Shown here: piece by piece, positions 1-13,219 of the stretch
How the letters are laid out: every line of letters begins with the position of its first letter
Numbering within the stretch: position 1 is the stretch's first letter
From: Octopus vulgaris
Lineage: Eukaryota
DNA length: 64,000 nucleotides
Direction of reading: 5' to 3'
NCBI GenBank assembly: GCA_951406725.2
Contig: OX597814.1
Coordinates: forward strand, 197,222,001-197,286,000
The notes under the pieces: model-generated
Database searches by the model: none
What the model saw: the letters and a program-made list of their open reading frames with translations, nothing else
What the model was told of the DNA's origin: nothing
Made by a program: the position numbers and the translations under genes

Positions 1-652
1 GTTGAGTCGAATTCCAATCCTTTTTCACAAAACCGGCACATTATTATTCCAGGATCAATCAACATCTGCCCTGATTTATAGGCTACATAATCAATGCAAC
101 CTCTAATCAATATTTTCTTTAATCAATAATTACACTCATCAATATGTCTCCCTGTCCCCAGATTCGATAAGCCCTTTAATCAATCTGTCCTCTAATATAT
201 ATTGACTGCGGGTATTTTTTCCCTCTATTTGCATATTAAAGCGTTCAAAGGTTGTGTCTGTTGTAACTTGTCGATCTGCTCTTCAAATTGGGGCTTTTAT
301 AAGGAAACCTTCAGCTAAGGAGTAATTAAACGCAATAATATTATAACTAACGTGATTTGGGCAGTAATTTAATTCCTTAGCGGTAACGGAATTATTATTC
401 ATATCTTATTAAATGGTCTCGGAGACTGATCGTAATGATGATCTTATTCTCAAAACCGGAAGCCTGTCCTGAAAGCTTGCAACTGCGGTGCTTCCGTTAA
501 GTGACTCAAGTACAAGGAGCTGATATTAAACATGTTATTGGGGTGTAGCAGAAAAAGTTAGATCAACAGTTAAATGTATTAAAGTATTTAGTTATTATTC
601 TCTACTTTAAATCATATTTCAAACTTTCTTTTCAATGTATTTGCCCATCTTT

Positions 653-890
653 ATGCTTATTTCTTTATTGCCCATAAGGGGCTAAACATAGAGGGGACAA
701 ACAAGGACAGACAAACGGATTAAGTCGATTACATCGACCCCATTGTGTAACTAGTACTTAATCTATCGACCCCGAAAGGAATGAAAGGTAAAGTTGACAT
801 CAGCGGAATTTGAACTCAGAACGTAACGGAAGATGAAATACCGCTATGCATTTCGCCCGGCGTGCTAACGTTTCTGCCAGCTCGCCGCCT
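653..890 (-). mobile_element. SINE family C, full length (ggcggcgagctggcagaaacgttagc...gagttcaaattccgc...aaagaaataa)
   Basis: Near-identical to copies at 44402-44636 and 50309-50531; B-box-like gagttcaaattcc; 15-bp TSD tatttgcccatcttt (638-652) / tattttcccatcttt (891-905). Confidence 0.9.
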
Positions 891-1063
891 TATTTTCCCA
901 TCTTTTTTCTTACTGAGTAGATAAGCACAAGAAATAGTAAATTGTATCAAGTCACTCCCTACTCAGAATATGAAACATTTTTGTTGTGTTAGGAATAGAA
1001 TATGCCTCGTTGTAATGGAAACTGTCATTCGATGGTGGCGAAACAAGTAAAATTATACTTTAT

Positions 1064-1548
1064 ACACACGGCATGGCTTTGTGGTAAGAGGTTCGCTTCC
1101 AAACCACATGGTTCCGAGGTCAGTGCAATTGCGTAGCACCCTAAAGAAGCGTCTTCTACTATAGCCTCGGGCAGACCAAAGCCTTGAATGGATTTGGTGG
1201 ACGGAAACTGGGAGATGACCGTCGTACTCACGCACACACACACATACCTACACACATATGTATGTATATATGTGTATATCTGTATGTACGTGTTTGTGTG
1301 TGTTTGTGCGTACCTGTCTTTTTGTCTGATTGTCCACCGCCATTTAATAACTGCTACTGGTGTGTTTACGTCCCCGTATCTTAGCGGTTCGGCAAAAGAG
1401 ACCGATAGAATAAATACCAGGCTTTCCAAATGAATAACAGTAATAAGAACTGGGGTCAATTCGTTCAACTAAAGTTCTTCAATGAGGTGCCCCATTATAG
1501 CCGCACTCTAAACAATTAAAAGACTGAAACACTTAAAAGATGAAAAGA
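1064..1548 (+). mobile_element. SINE family A (tRNA-like head, internal TA/TG microsatellite, LINE-like tail; resembles the described octopus tRNA-derived SINEs)
   Basis: Shares ccacatggttcc, gtcttctactatagcc, ttagcggttcggcaaaagagaccgatagaataa with about a dozen other copies in the window; diverged. Confidence 0.85.
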
Positions 1549-2123
1549 AAAAAACCATATAAGAAATATATAAAAAATAAGTTCATGGCTCTCTTTATTG
1601 TGAGTCAAACACTAGTAAATATATACAAATTCCCTTCTTCGCATATATTTGGTTCAGAGCTTCTGAAATTAAGAATTATGGTCGCCATTATTTCGACTTG
1701 ATGACGCTAAGTTAAGATTAATTCATTATCCGAGAGGACGCAGATTTGAAGGCTTGACTTTAAAGAGGCAGCAAAAATGTGAAAGGTGATTAACAAGTGA
1801 CTTCCTATATTTGATGTATGTTTGATGAAACGTTTAACAACTATAATTACACGTAAATTTAATACCAAATAACAGATTTCCTATCGCTCATTACAACGTA
1901 TCGCCTTTACTATTATGTGTAATGCATCAGTAATGTGTCATCAACGTTTAACTATGAATTGCTCTACTGACTTCTAATTAATGTGTGCGTTGCCTATACT
2001 AAATGGTAAGGATATAGATTCCTGGATCATGATATGTGTTCGATTCTGCTTAGTAAATCGTTCAGCTACTGAGAGCAACATACCGATTTATCGGCAGAGT
2101 TTTTGGTAAATACATGTAAATAT

Positions 2124-2242
2124 GTTTACGGCCATATCACTTTGAAAACACCGGTTCTTGTCCGATCACCGAGGTTAAGCAAAGTGGAGCCTACGTAGTT
2201 CTTAGATGCGTGACCGCTTGGGAAACCTAGGTGCCGTAAACG
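2124..2242 (+). rRNA. 5S rRNA: 5S rRNA gene-like copy, 119 nt (probably retroposed or the head of a SINE3-like element)
   Basis: Invertebrate 5S signature cggccatatcac...gaaaacaccggttct.gtccgatcaccga.gttaagc; helix I gtttacggc/gccgtaaac and helix II cactttg/caaagtg pair perfectly; no T-run terminator directly after. Confidence 0.85.
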
Positions 2243-2254
2243 TCTTCCTATCTT

Positions 2255-2325
2255 AAATGGCGGTGCCCCAGCATGGCCACTGCTCGTGCGCTGAAACTAG
2301 ATGAAATAACATTTTTAAGAAATGA
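2255..2325 (+). mobile_element. LINE-type 3' tail attached to the 5S copy
   Basis: ggcggtgccccagcatggcc...gctgaaac matches the family A SINE tail and the fragment at 24032-24090, including catttttaagaa. Confidence 0.7.
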
Positions 2326-2382
2326 ATAAATACTGAATGTGGGAATTTTAAGACTGACATCTATCAAATTTCGTTTCAGTAA

Positions 2383-2775
2383 GATGGAGAAGTGGCAAAA
2401 TAGTTTGGACGCCGGGAAAATGCTTAGCCGAGGTCCACTTTGCCTTGCATCCTTTCGGGGTTGATAAAATTAATACCAGTTGAGCATTAGGGGTCGATTT
2501 AATCGGTTTAGACCCTTCCCCCCAAACCTACTGGCCCTGTGCCAAAACTAGAAAGTAATTTCTTTCATCGGTGTAAAGGCGGCACAAGGGCACACGCATT
2601 AGAACGTGGAGGGAAATGCTTAGCGGCGTTTCATCGGTCTTTACGTTCTGGCTTCAAATTCTGCCCACGTGGTGAGCTGGCAGAGACGCTTGAATGCCGG
2701 GCAAACTTCTTAGCGGTATTTCGTCTGTCTTTACGTGCTGAGTTCAAATTTCGCCGAAGTCGGTTTTGCCTTTCA
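2383..2775 (+). mobile_element. Cluster of diverged or partial family C SINE copies
   Basis: Repeated aaatgcttagcgg, ttacgttctg..ttcaaatt, ctttcggggttgataaaatt motifs. Confidence 0.75.
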
Positions 2776-4189
2776 GCAGCGAGGAATTTATTAGTCATTG
2801 ACGGTGGAAGGGTTCCTCTTATAATCCTTTCTCACCCACGCAAGTCTATTTGGTGACTTTCTTCAGTCGTTTGTGTTTGAGGCCAACCTTCTGCAGGAAA
2901 TGGTGCACCAACCTTGCAGGAAATCCTCGGTAGCCGACTTCAGGAAGAAACATGACCGCATGCCATCCCTTAACAAGGACCTCGTCGACCTACTTCTAGC
3001 ATTACGTCTTCTTCAGCTAAGAAATGTCGAGATCTAACCCACCTAAAATATCCCTTCGTGGTAACGGATTAAATGATCCACATGCAGAAACCTTTAGCTT
3101 CTCTGGGAAGTATTAATCATATTCATTACAAATAAAATTAAGCTATCTATGTTTTAATTGATATTGAATTCGTTAATGGTTGTTCTATATGAATGTTTAT
3201 TTAAAACATTGAAAACTGTATTTCAGAATTGTGAATTTACGGGCATTTTTCGTCACATTCAACCTATTCACTTTCGCTTCAATTGAAAACATTCCTCTTA
3301 TATTAATACTGCATCAATAATAATTTTCCTTTAAATAATTTGTATTACGTTGTTTGGCGATGTGAAAATGAACTAAATGATAAAACTTCACTATGAATAG
3401 TGAACAGGAATTACCTCAAGTAAGATAATAAAAAAAATAATAAAAGCTAAGAAACATTCACTGAGTGAAATAAAAATCAATTATATGTTGTTATCATTGC
3501 GACTCTTTCCGCTTCAATTTTGATTTTTTTTTTATGTGCTAGAATTTAAAGGAAGCCACCATTTTGTTTCCTTTATTATAATTTGTACAGTATTTTATTA
3601 TCAATAACCATTTTGACGCTGCAGTTGCTACAGCTGCAATACGACAATGCAAAGATATAAAGATCGACTTGCCTTGTTTTATATAGTTAAAGATATGAAA
3701 GGAAATGAAACTAAGATCATTTCAAAATATTCATTCAAAAATTCCTCTGAGCTGAACTGCAAATTAAGTAGATAACCAAAATGGCTAGGTTCGCATTTTC
3801 GCTGCTGCACATATTATTTCCGGTATGTTACATTGTGGGGTAAACAATTTCCGGTTTGCTCTCATATCTTAAATCAATAATAATGTTAAGTCAAACTAAA
3901 TCCTATTCTTTATCAATTTTTTCGACTAAATTTTAACAAGTTAGTTTTAGCTATTCATAAATTATTGTTTCTGCATTGTCTCGTACATGGATTGTTATAA
4001 ATGAATCTTGCTCTAAGTACTGTCTGAACAGAGATTTCTCAGTTATTCGTTATTTGAATCTCCATAATTTTTCTGTCATGTTAATTATATTATAAATAAA
4101 CGTGCATGAATGTTTGTACGTATGTATGCATGTATGTACGTACATGAGTGTATATATATATATATATATATGTATGTATATAGTGACCA

Positions 4190-4350
4190 TTTACAAAAAA
4201 ATAAAGAAAACGGGTGTGTAAACAACAAACAGATGTATTAGTTTAACGCTCGGGAAGTGAGTAATTCTTTTATGTTTCGAGCCTACGCTCTTCCACAGAA
4301 ACGAACACAGAAATAAACAGGGAGAGAAAATAGAAAAAGGTTTAGTTGCT
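4190..4350 (-). mobile_element. Short repeat family D (Penelope-like derived) with hammerhead-like motif at 4266-4302
   Basis: Homologous to 9495-9670 and 51760-51965; minus strand ttt-CTGTGGA-a-gagc-gtag-gctc-GAAA-ca-ta-aaag; between TA and CT microsatellites. Confidence 0.65.
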
Positions 4351-4355
4351 CTCTC

Positions 4356-4406
<51 letters not shown>

Positions 4407-5063
4407 AAAGTTAAATAATGCGGATAGAAATTCATATTATTAATTAATATTAATTTAAACCAGTTTACTAGAATTTTTGAAAGCATATATATATATATAT
4501 ACACATATGTACATGTAAATATATATCTCTACATATATACATTCACACCAATATATATATATATATATATATATATTGGTTTCTAACGGAGTTGTAGAGT
4601 CACCTTATCAGAATTTCCATTTAATTTGATATGGAGCAATGTGCGTTGGATACAATGACTAAGAACTTTATTGATCGACTACTTTGTGTTATCTATTGAA
4701 GCGCCTCTTCTAGTGCTTGATTTTAACCAATTGATAGCACTGAAGTATGTTACATATATATATATATATATATAAATCATTGAATAAACGAAAGGAAATA
4801 GTATTAGACACATTTGAACATTTGGTAGGTGTTACATTTTTTAGCACCACCTTTTTACTCAGCTCCACATGAAAGTCACAGGCAACGTCCATCTCCTCAG
4901 ATCTATGGAACAGATTGGGAGTTTACTGAGTGTTAGGCTTGTATTAGTCATCTTAGGTCACGTGGTATTAATAATATCAGAGCGAAATTACAAGCGCTAT
5001 TGAAGTCATGTGAACGTGAGTCAAACTTTATATATATATATATATATATAAAGTTGTATTTGA

Positions 5064-5094
<31 letters not shown>

Positions 5095-5961
5095 AAGGTG
5101 TGTATATATATATATATATATGCGTGCATATATATATGCATTAGAGTACTTTAAGTCTATTTATTCGACACATATTTGTTGTTGATTTTATTACTTCACA
5201 TAATAAAAAAACCGATAAACTGGAAGTATCAATATGTATATTTAGCTATTAAATATAGTTGACAGGTAAATATCAATTTTTAAAGCACCAAATCAATCAT
5301 TAGTTACAGTGTGTGCTCGATCTGTAATGTGAGTTGAGATCTTCGTCCTGCAATAGTTTCTTTGAATATGTTTAAACTTATAATGTATTCGCGTACGTCA
5401 TGATATTAATGAAATGCCCATTTACCTATCTTGTATTTCCGCCATTTGCATTAGCTTTAAAGATAACAATTTAACTTACTCTATATATATGGCCACGTAC
5501 AGTTTCATCAATCACAATGCCTATGTTCTTTCCTGTATGAATGCCAATTTGAATTTTAAAACTTCATTTTAAAAAGTTGGGGGAAAAACAGGTCTGATAT
5601 TAACATGATAAACATATTAATTTAATCAGGACAGAAAGAGAACATGATCGATAAAAAGAAATATCTATCTACATGGAATAAGATACGTTTTACCGACAAA
5701 CCTATTAATTAAAGCTATCAGCTACTATATATTTACTAATTAACTCTTATAGATCTCAAGTTATAATATCCACTATTCAGGCATATATATAGTATTTTTA
5801 TACAAGCTTAAAGTTTATAGCATTCACCATGCAATGACTAAGGAAAATAGTCTAATAAAGGGGCATATAAGCACACGACAGAAAAAAGAAAGCTTTCCTA
5901 CCCGCGTGTGAGTCGAATCCACATCCCTTTGTTAACGCGACCAAACCGATATATATATATA

Positions 5962-6467
5962 TCTATATATATAAAACTCTAGTTGTGTGAGTGTCTGTCC
6001 CCTTCGATTTAGATTCCTAACTCCTCCCACATTTTGCGGTGCAGTTTAACCAAATTCGGGTATCTTATAGTCGTGATTCATATCGAGCCCGTCTGACTAT
6101 TAGCGCGCGTCAACGATGAGTCTACGATTTTAAAATTAATTTAACATAATTTTTTATTCCATTTTAATGCATAAAATGCATCGTATGTCGATGGCGGCGG
6201 AGATGGCGTCCACGCTCACAGCTGCACCTGTTTGCTTCTCCCCCTTCCCTCCCTCGTGAAGCTGTGGGGAAGGGAGTGTAAAGAAATCAACGTCGTAATG
6301 CGTTGTGAAGGAAACCAGCGTTCTTTTAGAACAACGACTTCATGGCTTGAAGACACCAAAACAAAAATGGCTAAGAAAGCCCGAATTTATAAGGGAAGTA
6401 ACTCTCTAAAAATGCTTATATAGTTATTTCCCTTACAAACCCGAGCAACGCCGGGCGATACTGCTAG
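5962..6467 (+). mobile_element. Non-autonomous Helitron
   Basis: 5' TC(tatatatataaaa), subterminal GC hairpin cccgagcaacgccggg, 3' CTAG, inserted between A(5961) and T(6468), no TSD. Confidence 0.8.
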
Positions 6468-6670
6468 TATATATATAAAGGATTGGTTTGGATTGATTCA
6501 TCTTCTCTTCGAAACTAATAAGTTTTTTAAAAAATCTGTGATAAGACTGTGCATCATCATTAAGGAACTTTGGAAAACTGTTTACAACCTATATCTGCCT
6601 CTAATGGAACTATCTCCAATATCTCATGAGTATAACCTCACCCACTAAGATGTCTAGAGAACTCAAATGT

Positions 6671-6763
6671 ATTTTAGCTGATGAGTACGGGACACTTTTA
6701 TCTGCTGCAATTTTTGCAACTTGTAATAAAGCCTGTCTTTGTATGAAACAATTGTACTAAAAA
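6671..6763 (+). ncRNA. Type I hammerhead ribozyme with canonical core
   Basis: Stem I ttttag/ctaaaa; CTGATGA (6678-6684); stem II gtacgggaca/tgtctttgtat; GAAA (6745-6748); stem III ac-aatt-gt; GUA triplet, predicted cut after 6756. Confidence 0.75.
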
Positions 6764-6790
6764 TCAATCCATTCTTGTTGCTTCTTTCTC

Positions 6791-6830
<40 letters not shown>

Positions 6831-7788
6831 ACAGGAAAAAATGTAGAATTTGTTTTCGGGGTTTGAAAATGCACCTGAATTCGAAAAGTGTGTTGTTGGT
6901 TGTAAATAGATTTATTCTCATACATACCAAACTAATCTCAAGAAATTTTTGCTCATCAATGCTACAAATATATATATGTAAAACAAGGGGTTTTTAAAAG
7001 AGTTTAAAATTACGAAGTAGAAATCGAGCAAGCATGTTTCAACGCTCAAATGTTCACATAAAATGCAAGGAGTTTCATAGGGACAGTTACTATCAAAGTA
7101 AATGTATGTATATGTATATATATGTGTGTGCATGTGTGTGCGTGTACGTGCGTGCGCGTGTACGCACATAATCTTTCACTGCCTTAAAACATGCAGCACA
7201 CTTGTGCTGCCCACTTCGACAGTAAAAAGCATCGATCTGTATTTTCGTTTTCTAGAACATAGTATAGGAAATTCATGTCATCACAACTTATATCCGGTAA
7301 ATTGCTTAAATGTTGGGTGTTTCATATATATCCTGCATCGATTGGGTGTAGCTGTTTTCAGATTACTTGTGAGCCCTTACATATGATGTTTGCAAGTCCT
7401 ACACATTCACATATATATACATATATATGCGTGGTCTCTGTGATGAGACCGTATAGCTGCCTCAGGACAGCGAGAGATTTCTGTGCGCAAATCCCTTGTA
7501 CAAATATTCACATATATATATTTTGCAGAGAGCAACATCGGTTTCATTGTTAACAAATTTTAATGAATTTAATGATATATTTCAAAACCCGTCACACGAT
7601 TTCAACAAAAGAGAAAGACAAGGCATACAATCACAGAAATGTAGCAGTTACTAGGCACACAAACACACAGGCACACGCATGCGCACATACACATCCATAC
7701 ACATTTACACGCGTGTGTGCGTATATGTAACTGCGTGTATTACATGAATACGTATATAAATACACACATTTGCGTTACCTGCGCGCTG

Positions 7789-7836
<48 letters not shown>

Positions 7837-8391
7837 GGTGATACGCATCCATATAGATATGATATCATGCACAAAACCATGATGTCATACGTATATAATC
7901 ACCGTGCCTGACATATATTCCACAATCTCAAGTTTACGTGTTTGATATCACGTACATACACTCACAAATTTACACGTATTTATGCGTGCCAACATACATG
8001 CGCACATATATAATATATACATATATGTGTGCATATATATGTGTTTGTGTGTGTGTATGTAAATGTGTGTGTGGTATGTATGTATGTATGTAATTATATC
8101 ATGAACGTACATGTATATAATGTATTGCAATAAAGAGTAGGTTTTCTCAATTTCAATATTTACCCTGAGATAAAGTGCTATGATGAAAAGTTGAAAGTTT
8201 TACGGCATGGATATCGTGGATGTCTGTTTTGCTGTCATCTCTGGAGTTTAGCAACAAAATACTATGTTTGAACAGTGAAAACGAAAGATATTCAGAAAAG
8301 AACATACACATACATAACTACATACATACATACGTATATATACATTTATACATATATACACACATACACATGTTTATAGTGTGTATATATA

Positions 8392-8445
<54 letters not shown>

Positions 8446-9029
8446 TATTATGTACATTTTCGATGAATCATCATTTTCTAATGTACCATTTATACATTGC
8501 TGACTTAACTATTTACCAAGATGTAAAGGTTCCGTTAATTAAATAAAAACTACCGACTCTGTAAATTTATTTTAAATCAATCGGATGATTTTCGTTTCCT
8601 CCGCACACTTTTATGTTGTATAAATATATTAGTCCTGAATTTGAACATCAGGCAAGGTATTTATTTAATTTTTTTTTTTCTTTTCTGTTTTCTTTGTTGT
8701 TCATTAATCTCCATCTATCTGTGTTAATCTACATCAACATCACGATCAATAGTTTGTGCTACACTGGAATTTAAAGTGGATGCTAGCGACATAACTCACC
8801 CCCTTGATCATGATAGATTTTATCCATATCGATCTGTAGGTTTTAATTTAATATCTGATCTTTGAATGACACTACAAGGGCCCAACCTGCTACAGTTGTG
8901 GTTTTTACCCCCTTTTCTATCAAAATTCATAATGTGTGTGTTTCCTTTTCTCACTAAACGATAAAAAAATCTTTCAGAGTAAATTTGACGCCCATATCAT
9001 TATTATACACTTCACATTAATGTAGGGAG

Positions 9030-9245
9030 CTTGTAGAATGTTTAAGGGGCATGGAAACATGCTTAGCAACAATTCCTCCATATTTACATCGTGAGTTCAA
9101 ATTCCGCCAGGTTCGACTTTGTCTTTCATATTTTCGAAGTCGTTGAAATACTTACCAGTTGAAACGAGTGCCTACTACTGTCGATATATTTTAACTAGTG
9201 CCCAGCCCCAACATTTCAGACCTTGGGCCTATAATACAAAGGATT
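9030..9245 (+). mobile_element. Diverged family C SINE
   Basis: gagttcaaattccgcc...cgactttgtctttcat motif. Confidence 0.7.
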
Positions 9246-9494
9246 ATTATGCACCTATATTTATTTAAACCTCGTTTGACAATTTAAATTTTAGTGAACC
9301 AATAAATTACCATATTTGTTATCATATAAGACAAACTTTTTGCCCAAATAATGTTTCAAAAATCCCACCCCGTGTCCTGTAGGTAACGTTGAATTTTCCT
9401 TAAGATTTAATGCATTAAAAACGTTTTCTTACATGGATATACCTGAAATGTATCTGTGCCTTTTTAATGGCATTAAACTTGGTAGATAATATCT

Positions 9495-9670
9495 AGGGGA
9501 AGAATTCACGGAAAAAGACAAAAGACGAAGACAGGTGGTGTAGAAAACAAACAGATGTATTAGTATAACGCTCCGGAATTGAAAAAGTCTTTTACATTTC
9601 GAGCCTACGCTCTTCCACAGAAAGGAACAAAGAAACAAACAAGGAGAGAAACAAGAAGAGAAAAAAAATC
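9495..9670 (-). mobile_element. Family D repeat with hammerhead-like motif at 9588-9625
   Basis: Minus strand cttt-CTGTGGA-a-gagc-gtag-gctc-GAAA-tg-ta-aaag; homologous to 4190-4350 and 51760-51965. Confidence 0.65.
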
Positions 9671-9924
9671 TAACGTGATATAATCTAAATAAAAGTTAAG
9701 ACCGCTGCAAAAAATTGATCATAGTTTTCCTCCGCTAGAAATCAATTTAGGGTTAATAAGCTGCTTCTAATAAAGGTACAAGTTCAGAAATTTAGAAAGT
9801 TTTATTGAACGGTTGAATGAATTTCTCTCAGTATTTGATTGGTGCTTTGTTTGTTGGGGCCTAGATGGATAAAATGCATAGTTGACATAAGCAAAATTTG
9901 ATCTCGGAACCTGAAAGGCCAGAG

Positions 9925-10125
9925 TTAAATTTTGGCACAAGGTGAGCAGTTTTGGGGTAGGTGGGAAGTCGATTAGATTGATGGCAGTGTTGAACTGCTT
10001 TATTATTTTACCTATTGTGAAATGATGAGAGGTAAAGTCGACCTCGGCGGAATATGAACTCAGAGCACAAAGACGCACTAAATGCTTCTAGGCATTTTCC
10101 TCGGTGTGCTAATGATTTTACCACC
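9925..10125 (-). mobile_element. Diverged family C SINE
   Basis: aaagtcgacctcggcggaatatgaactcaga motif. Confidence 0.7.
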
Positions 10126-10139
10126 TTTCCGCATGATAA

Positions 10140-10365
10140 AAATCCTTCCCGAGCCGTATAGGCTCACTGATCCGGCTTCCTTGTTTCCGTAGAGCATATA
10201 TATTTCCCCTGGTTATCGCAGGACTACTCAAGTTTGCCAGCTGAGTGAACAAGAGCGAAGCGGAATAAAATATTTTGCTTAAGAACACAACGCATCGCCC
10301 CGTCCACGAATCGAAACCACAATTAAGACACCAGCAACCTAGCCACGAAGTCTCGCGCCTCCACA
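10140..10365 (-). mobile_element. Older tRNA-derived SINE (family B-related head, old body, tail type 3)
   Basis: Head gtggaggcgcg...ggtttcgattc; body cttaagcaaaatattttat...cactcagctggcaaa; tail ggaaacaaggaagccgg...gagcct similar to 42666-42790. Confidence 0.7.
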
Positions 10366-10719
10366 TCAGAGTCAAATATTGCAAAGATTGTGTCCAGAGC
10401 ATTATCAGTTCCCCAAACCTGGACCTAAATAACAACAGCAATACCTCTGCCTGTAAGACTGTCTTGGCCATCACAAAGTGTTCCTCATCTAAGTTTATGA
10501 ACCGTCCTTGAAAGGATATTGTAAGTTCGATGATATTAAAGACGATTGTAACAATAATCGATCTCACGCTGAATTGATTAACTATAGGGCTTTAATGAAA
10601 CATTTTAATTCTGGGTACAAATAGTCTATGAAAAGGCTGCCTATGTTGACCTCGGTGAGATTTCGAAAAGAATAAATAAGTCTCGATATATTATGTATAC
10701 ACACGTAAAATAAATCATA

Positions 10720-11216
10720 TATATATGTACGTATTTATGTATGTATGTATGAATAAATATATATGTTTGTGTGTGTGTGTCTGTACGTATTTATGTATGC
10801 ATATATATATGTATGCACGTTTTTATCTATGTATGTATATATATATGTACTTATTTATGTATGTATGTATATGTACTTCTTTACGTATGTATATATATGT
10901 ACTTATTTATGTATGTATGTATATATATGTACTTATTTACGTATGTATATATATGTACTTATTTACGTATGTATATATATGTACTTATTTACGCATGTAT
11001 ATATATATATACGTATTTATATATGTACATATATATATGTATGTATTTATGTATGTATATATATATATACATACGTATTTATATATGTACATATATATAT
11101 GTATTTATGTGTATATATGTATATATATGTATGTATTTAGGTATGTATGTATTTATGTATGTATATATATATTTCTATGTGTGTGCATATATTTACATAC
11201 ATATACATATATGATA

Positions 11217-11270
<54 letters not shown>
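10720..11270. repeat. Complex TA/TATG microsatellite with a ~26-bp higher-order unit (tacttatttacgtatgtatatatatg)
   Basis: Direct inspection; source of spurious YIYIY ORFs. Confidence 0.95.
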
Positions 11271-11274
<4 letters not shown>

Positions 11275-11519
11275 CACTCGCACTGAATAATTATCTGATC
11301 ATCAATGGGGAATGTTATGAAAGTGTATCAAGATAATATTTGCAAATACTATAAACCAATAAAATGTCTGAATAAACAAAGGTTGTCCATGAAGTAGCCG
11401 TTATTCCCCGATGCTGTCTATCATTTAGATAATTATTTGAAAATATATTCACTGGATGTGTTTTGTTCTAGTTCGTTTGTTGCTTTGAAAATACACAGAG
11501 AAACTCTCACAAACACAGA

Positions 11520-11522
11520 CAC

Positions 11523-11604
<82 letters not shown>

Positions 11605-11817
11605 GGATAAAATGATAGATAATCAAATAGACATCTATATATATATAGATATATATATATATAGATATATATATATAGATATAGATATATATATAGATAT
11701 ATATATATAGGTATATGTATAGATATATATATAGACATATATATATATAGATATATATATACACATATATATATAGACATTTATATATAGACATATATAT
11801 ATAGATATATATATATA

Positions 11818-11853
<36 letters not shown>

Positions 11854-11993
11854 TATAGATAGATATATAGATAGATATAGATATAGATATATATATATAT
11901 ATAGATATAGATATAGATAGATATATATATAGATATAGATATATATATATATATATATATATATAGATATATATATATATATATAGATAGATG

Positions 11994-12069
<76 letters not shown>

Positions 12070-12140
12070 TATAGATATAGATCTATATACACAGAGAGAG
12101 GTATGTAGTTAGGTAGATAAAATTATAGATAGATAGATAT
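11520..12140. repeat. (GATA)n/(TA)n compound microsatellite
   Basis: Direct inspection. Confidence 0.95.
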
Positions 12141-12292
12141 GTCGGTGTGTATACTGTATTTATTTCATCAGCTCTAATAGCTTTTAACTTAGTATTTATA
12201 ATATCAGCACACCTTTATAATATTAATTCCTATTTCTGCGTTGGTAGGAAAGGAATCACGTCACTGTACGTCAAGGTATATATACACCCACA

Positions 12293-12326
<34 letters not shown>

Positions 12327-12701
12327 CATGTATGTGGTTATTTATATATGTGTGTATGTATGTATAGAGTGTGGTGGGATGTATCAAAACAAGTTGACTG
12401 CAAGAAATATAATATGTTCTGTTTTCTCAATCCCAGCTTCCAAAATGCCGAACGCTTGTTATGTTTACAAAATATATGAAGTATTTCTGGTGTTTGTTGT
12501 TCCTAATATTTCTCCTTCACTTCACTGTTTCCTGAGTGTTTCATTGTTATCAACTTCAGGCTACAATAAACACTCTACAGCGATCACACACCTAGTATAA
12601 ATAACACAGCTTTAAAGATAATGATCTTGTAACAGTTCCATCTTGTAACAGTTGGAATTAAACATTGCAGCTTTCAAGCAATTTCAGCGTTTTATTCATA
12701 C

Positions 12702-13209
12702 CAGTGATTCTCGACCACCTTCTGCCCGTGGATCTCTTTGATTCTTATTTTACGCAACTGGACCTCCACAGCCATTCGTAGACGTTTTGGTAGGCCAATG
12801 GATTTGAACAGTCTCAAGTGTAACTGGCCGAAACTGTAAGGAAAACCTGGAAACTTGACTGGCGAAAGAAGGCTACGAATGACCCACCCTTTTTTTTTTT
12901 TTGCTGTCCCTGCATTTGTTGTTTTTCCTGTCCACCTTTGTATCGTCTATCTGTCCGGATGTCATATTGTCCTCTATTGCGTTTTTGTTCCACTGTTTTC
13001 TTTATGTATACATATAGCGGCGTACGTACACTTTTGCTCACCTTGTAAGTAAATATATATATAAACTTCTTGCATTTTTATTAATAAATATTATTAGAAT
13101 CTGTATTTTAAAAAATTAAAACACTTTGTGTACTGTACAAGAATAAGCAATTGCTTGCACATAAATTTTAACAAGAAAATCTTATATGGACTCCGGTTAA
13201 GATTTATGA
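12702..13209. mobile_element. Degenerate hAT-like MITE interrupted by a nested insertion (about 12780-13060)
   Basis: Left end cagtgattctcgacc, weak right end ggttaagattt, internal tggacc-like motifs. Confidence 0.4.
12784..13060 (+). mobile_element. Penelope-like derived fragment starting with a 5'-damaged hammerhead
   Basis: Stem II ggcca/tggcc, GAAA, c-t-g-TA triplet, gtttt/aaaac; CUGANGA missing; ends in a TA run. Confidence 0.45.
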
Positions 13210-13219
13210 CTACATTTAA

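Noticed and set aside
1025-1468. Recurrent peptides such as LSVSFAEPLSYGDVNTP and GRPEAIVEDTCP
   Set aside because: Translations of SINE family A, not a gene family
2790-3070. GC-richer stretch as a possible exon
   Set aside because: No convincing frame or splice pair; more likely an old retroelement remnant that I cannot classify
4575-4900. ctgataa...gaaac and ctgagga motifs on the minus strand
   Set aside because: Possibly decayed hammerheads, but the stems cannot be supported
10725-12092. Long ORFs rich in YIYI/YLSI
   Set aside because: Translations of TA and GATA microsatellites; the same applies near 20052, 34015, 41585, 44847 and 51513
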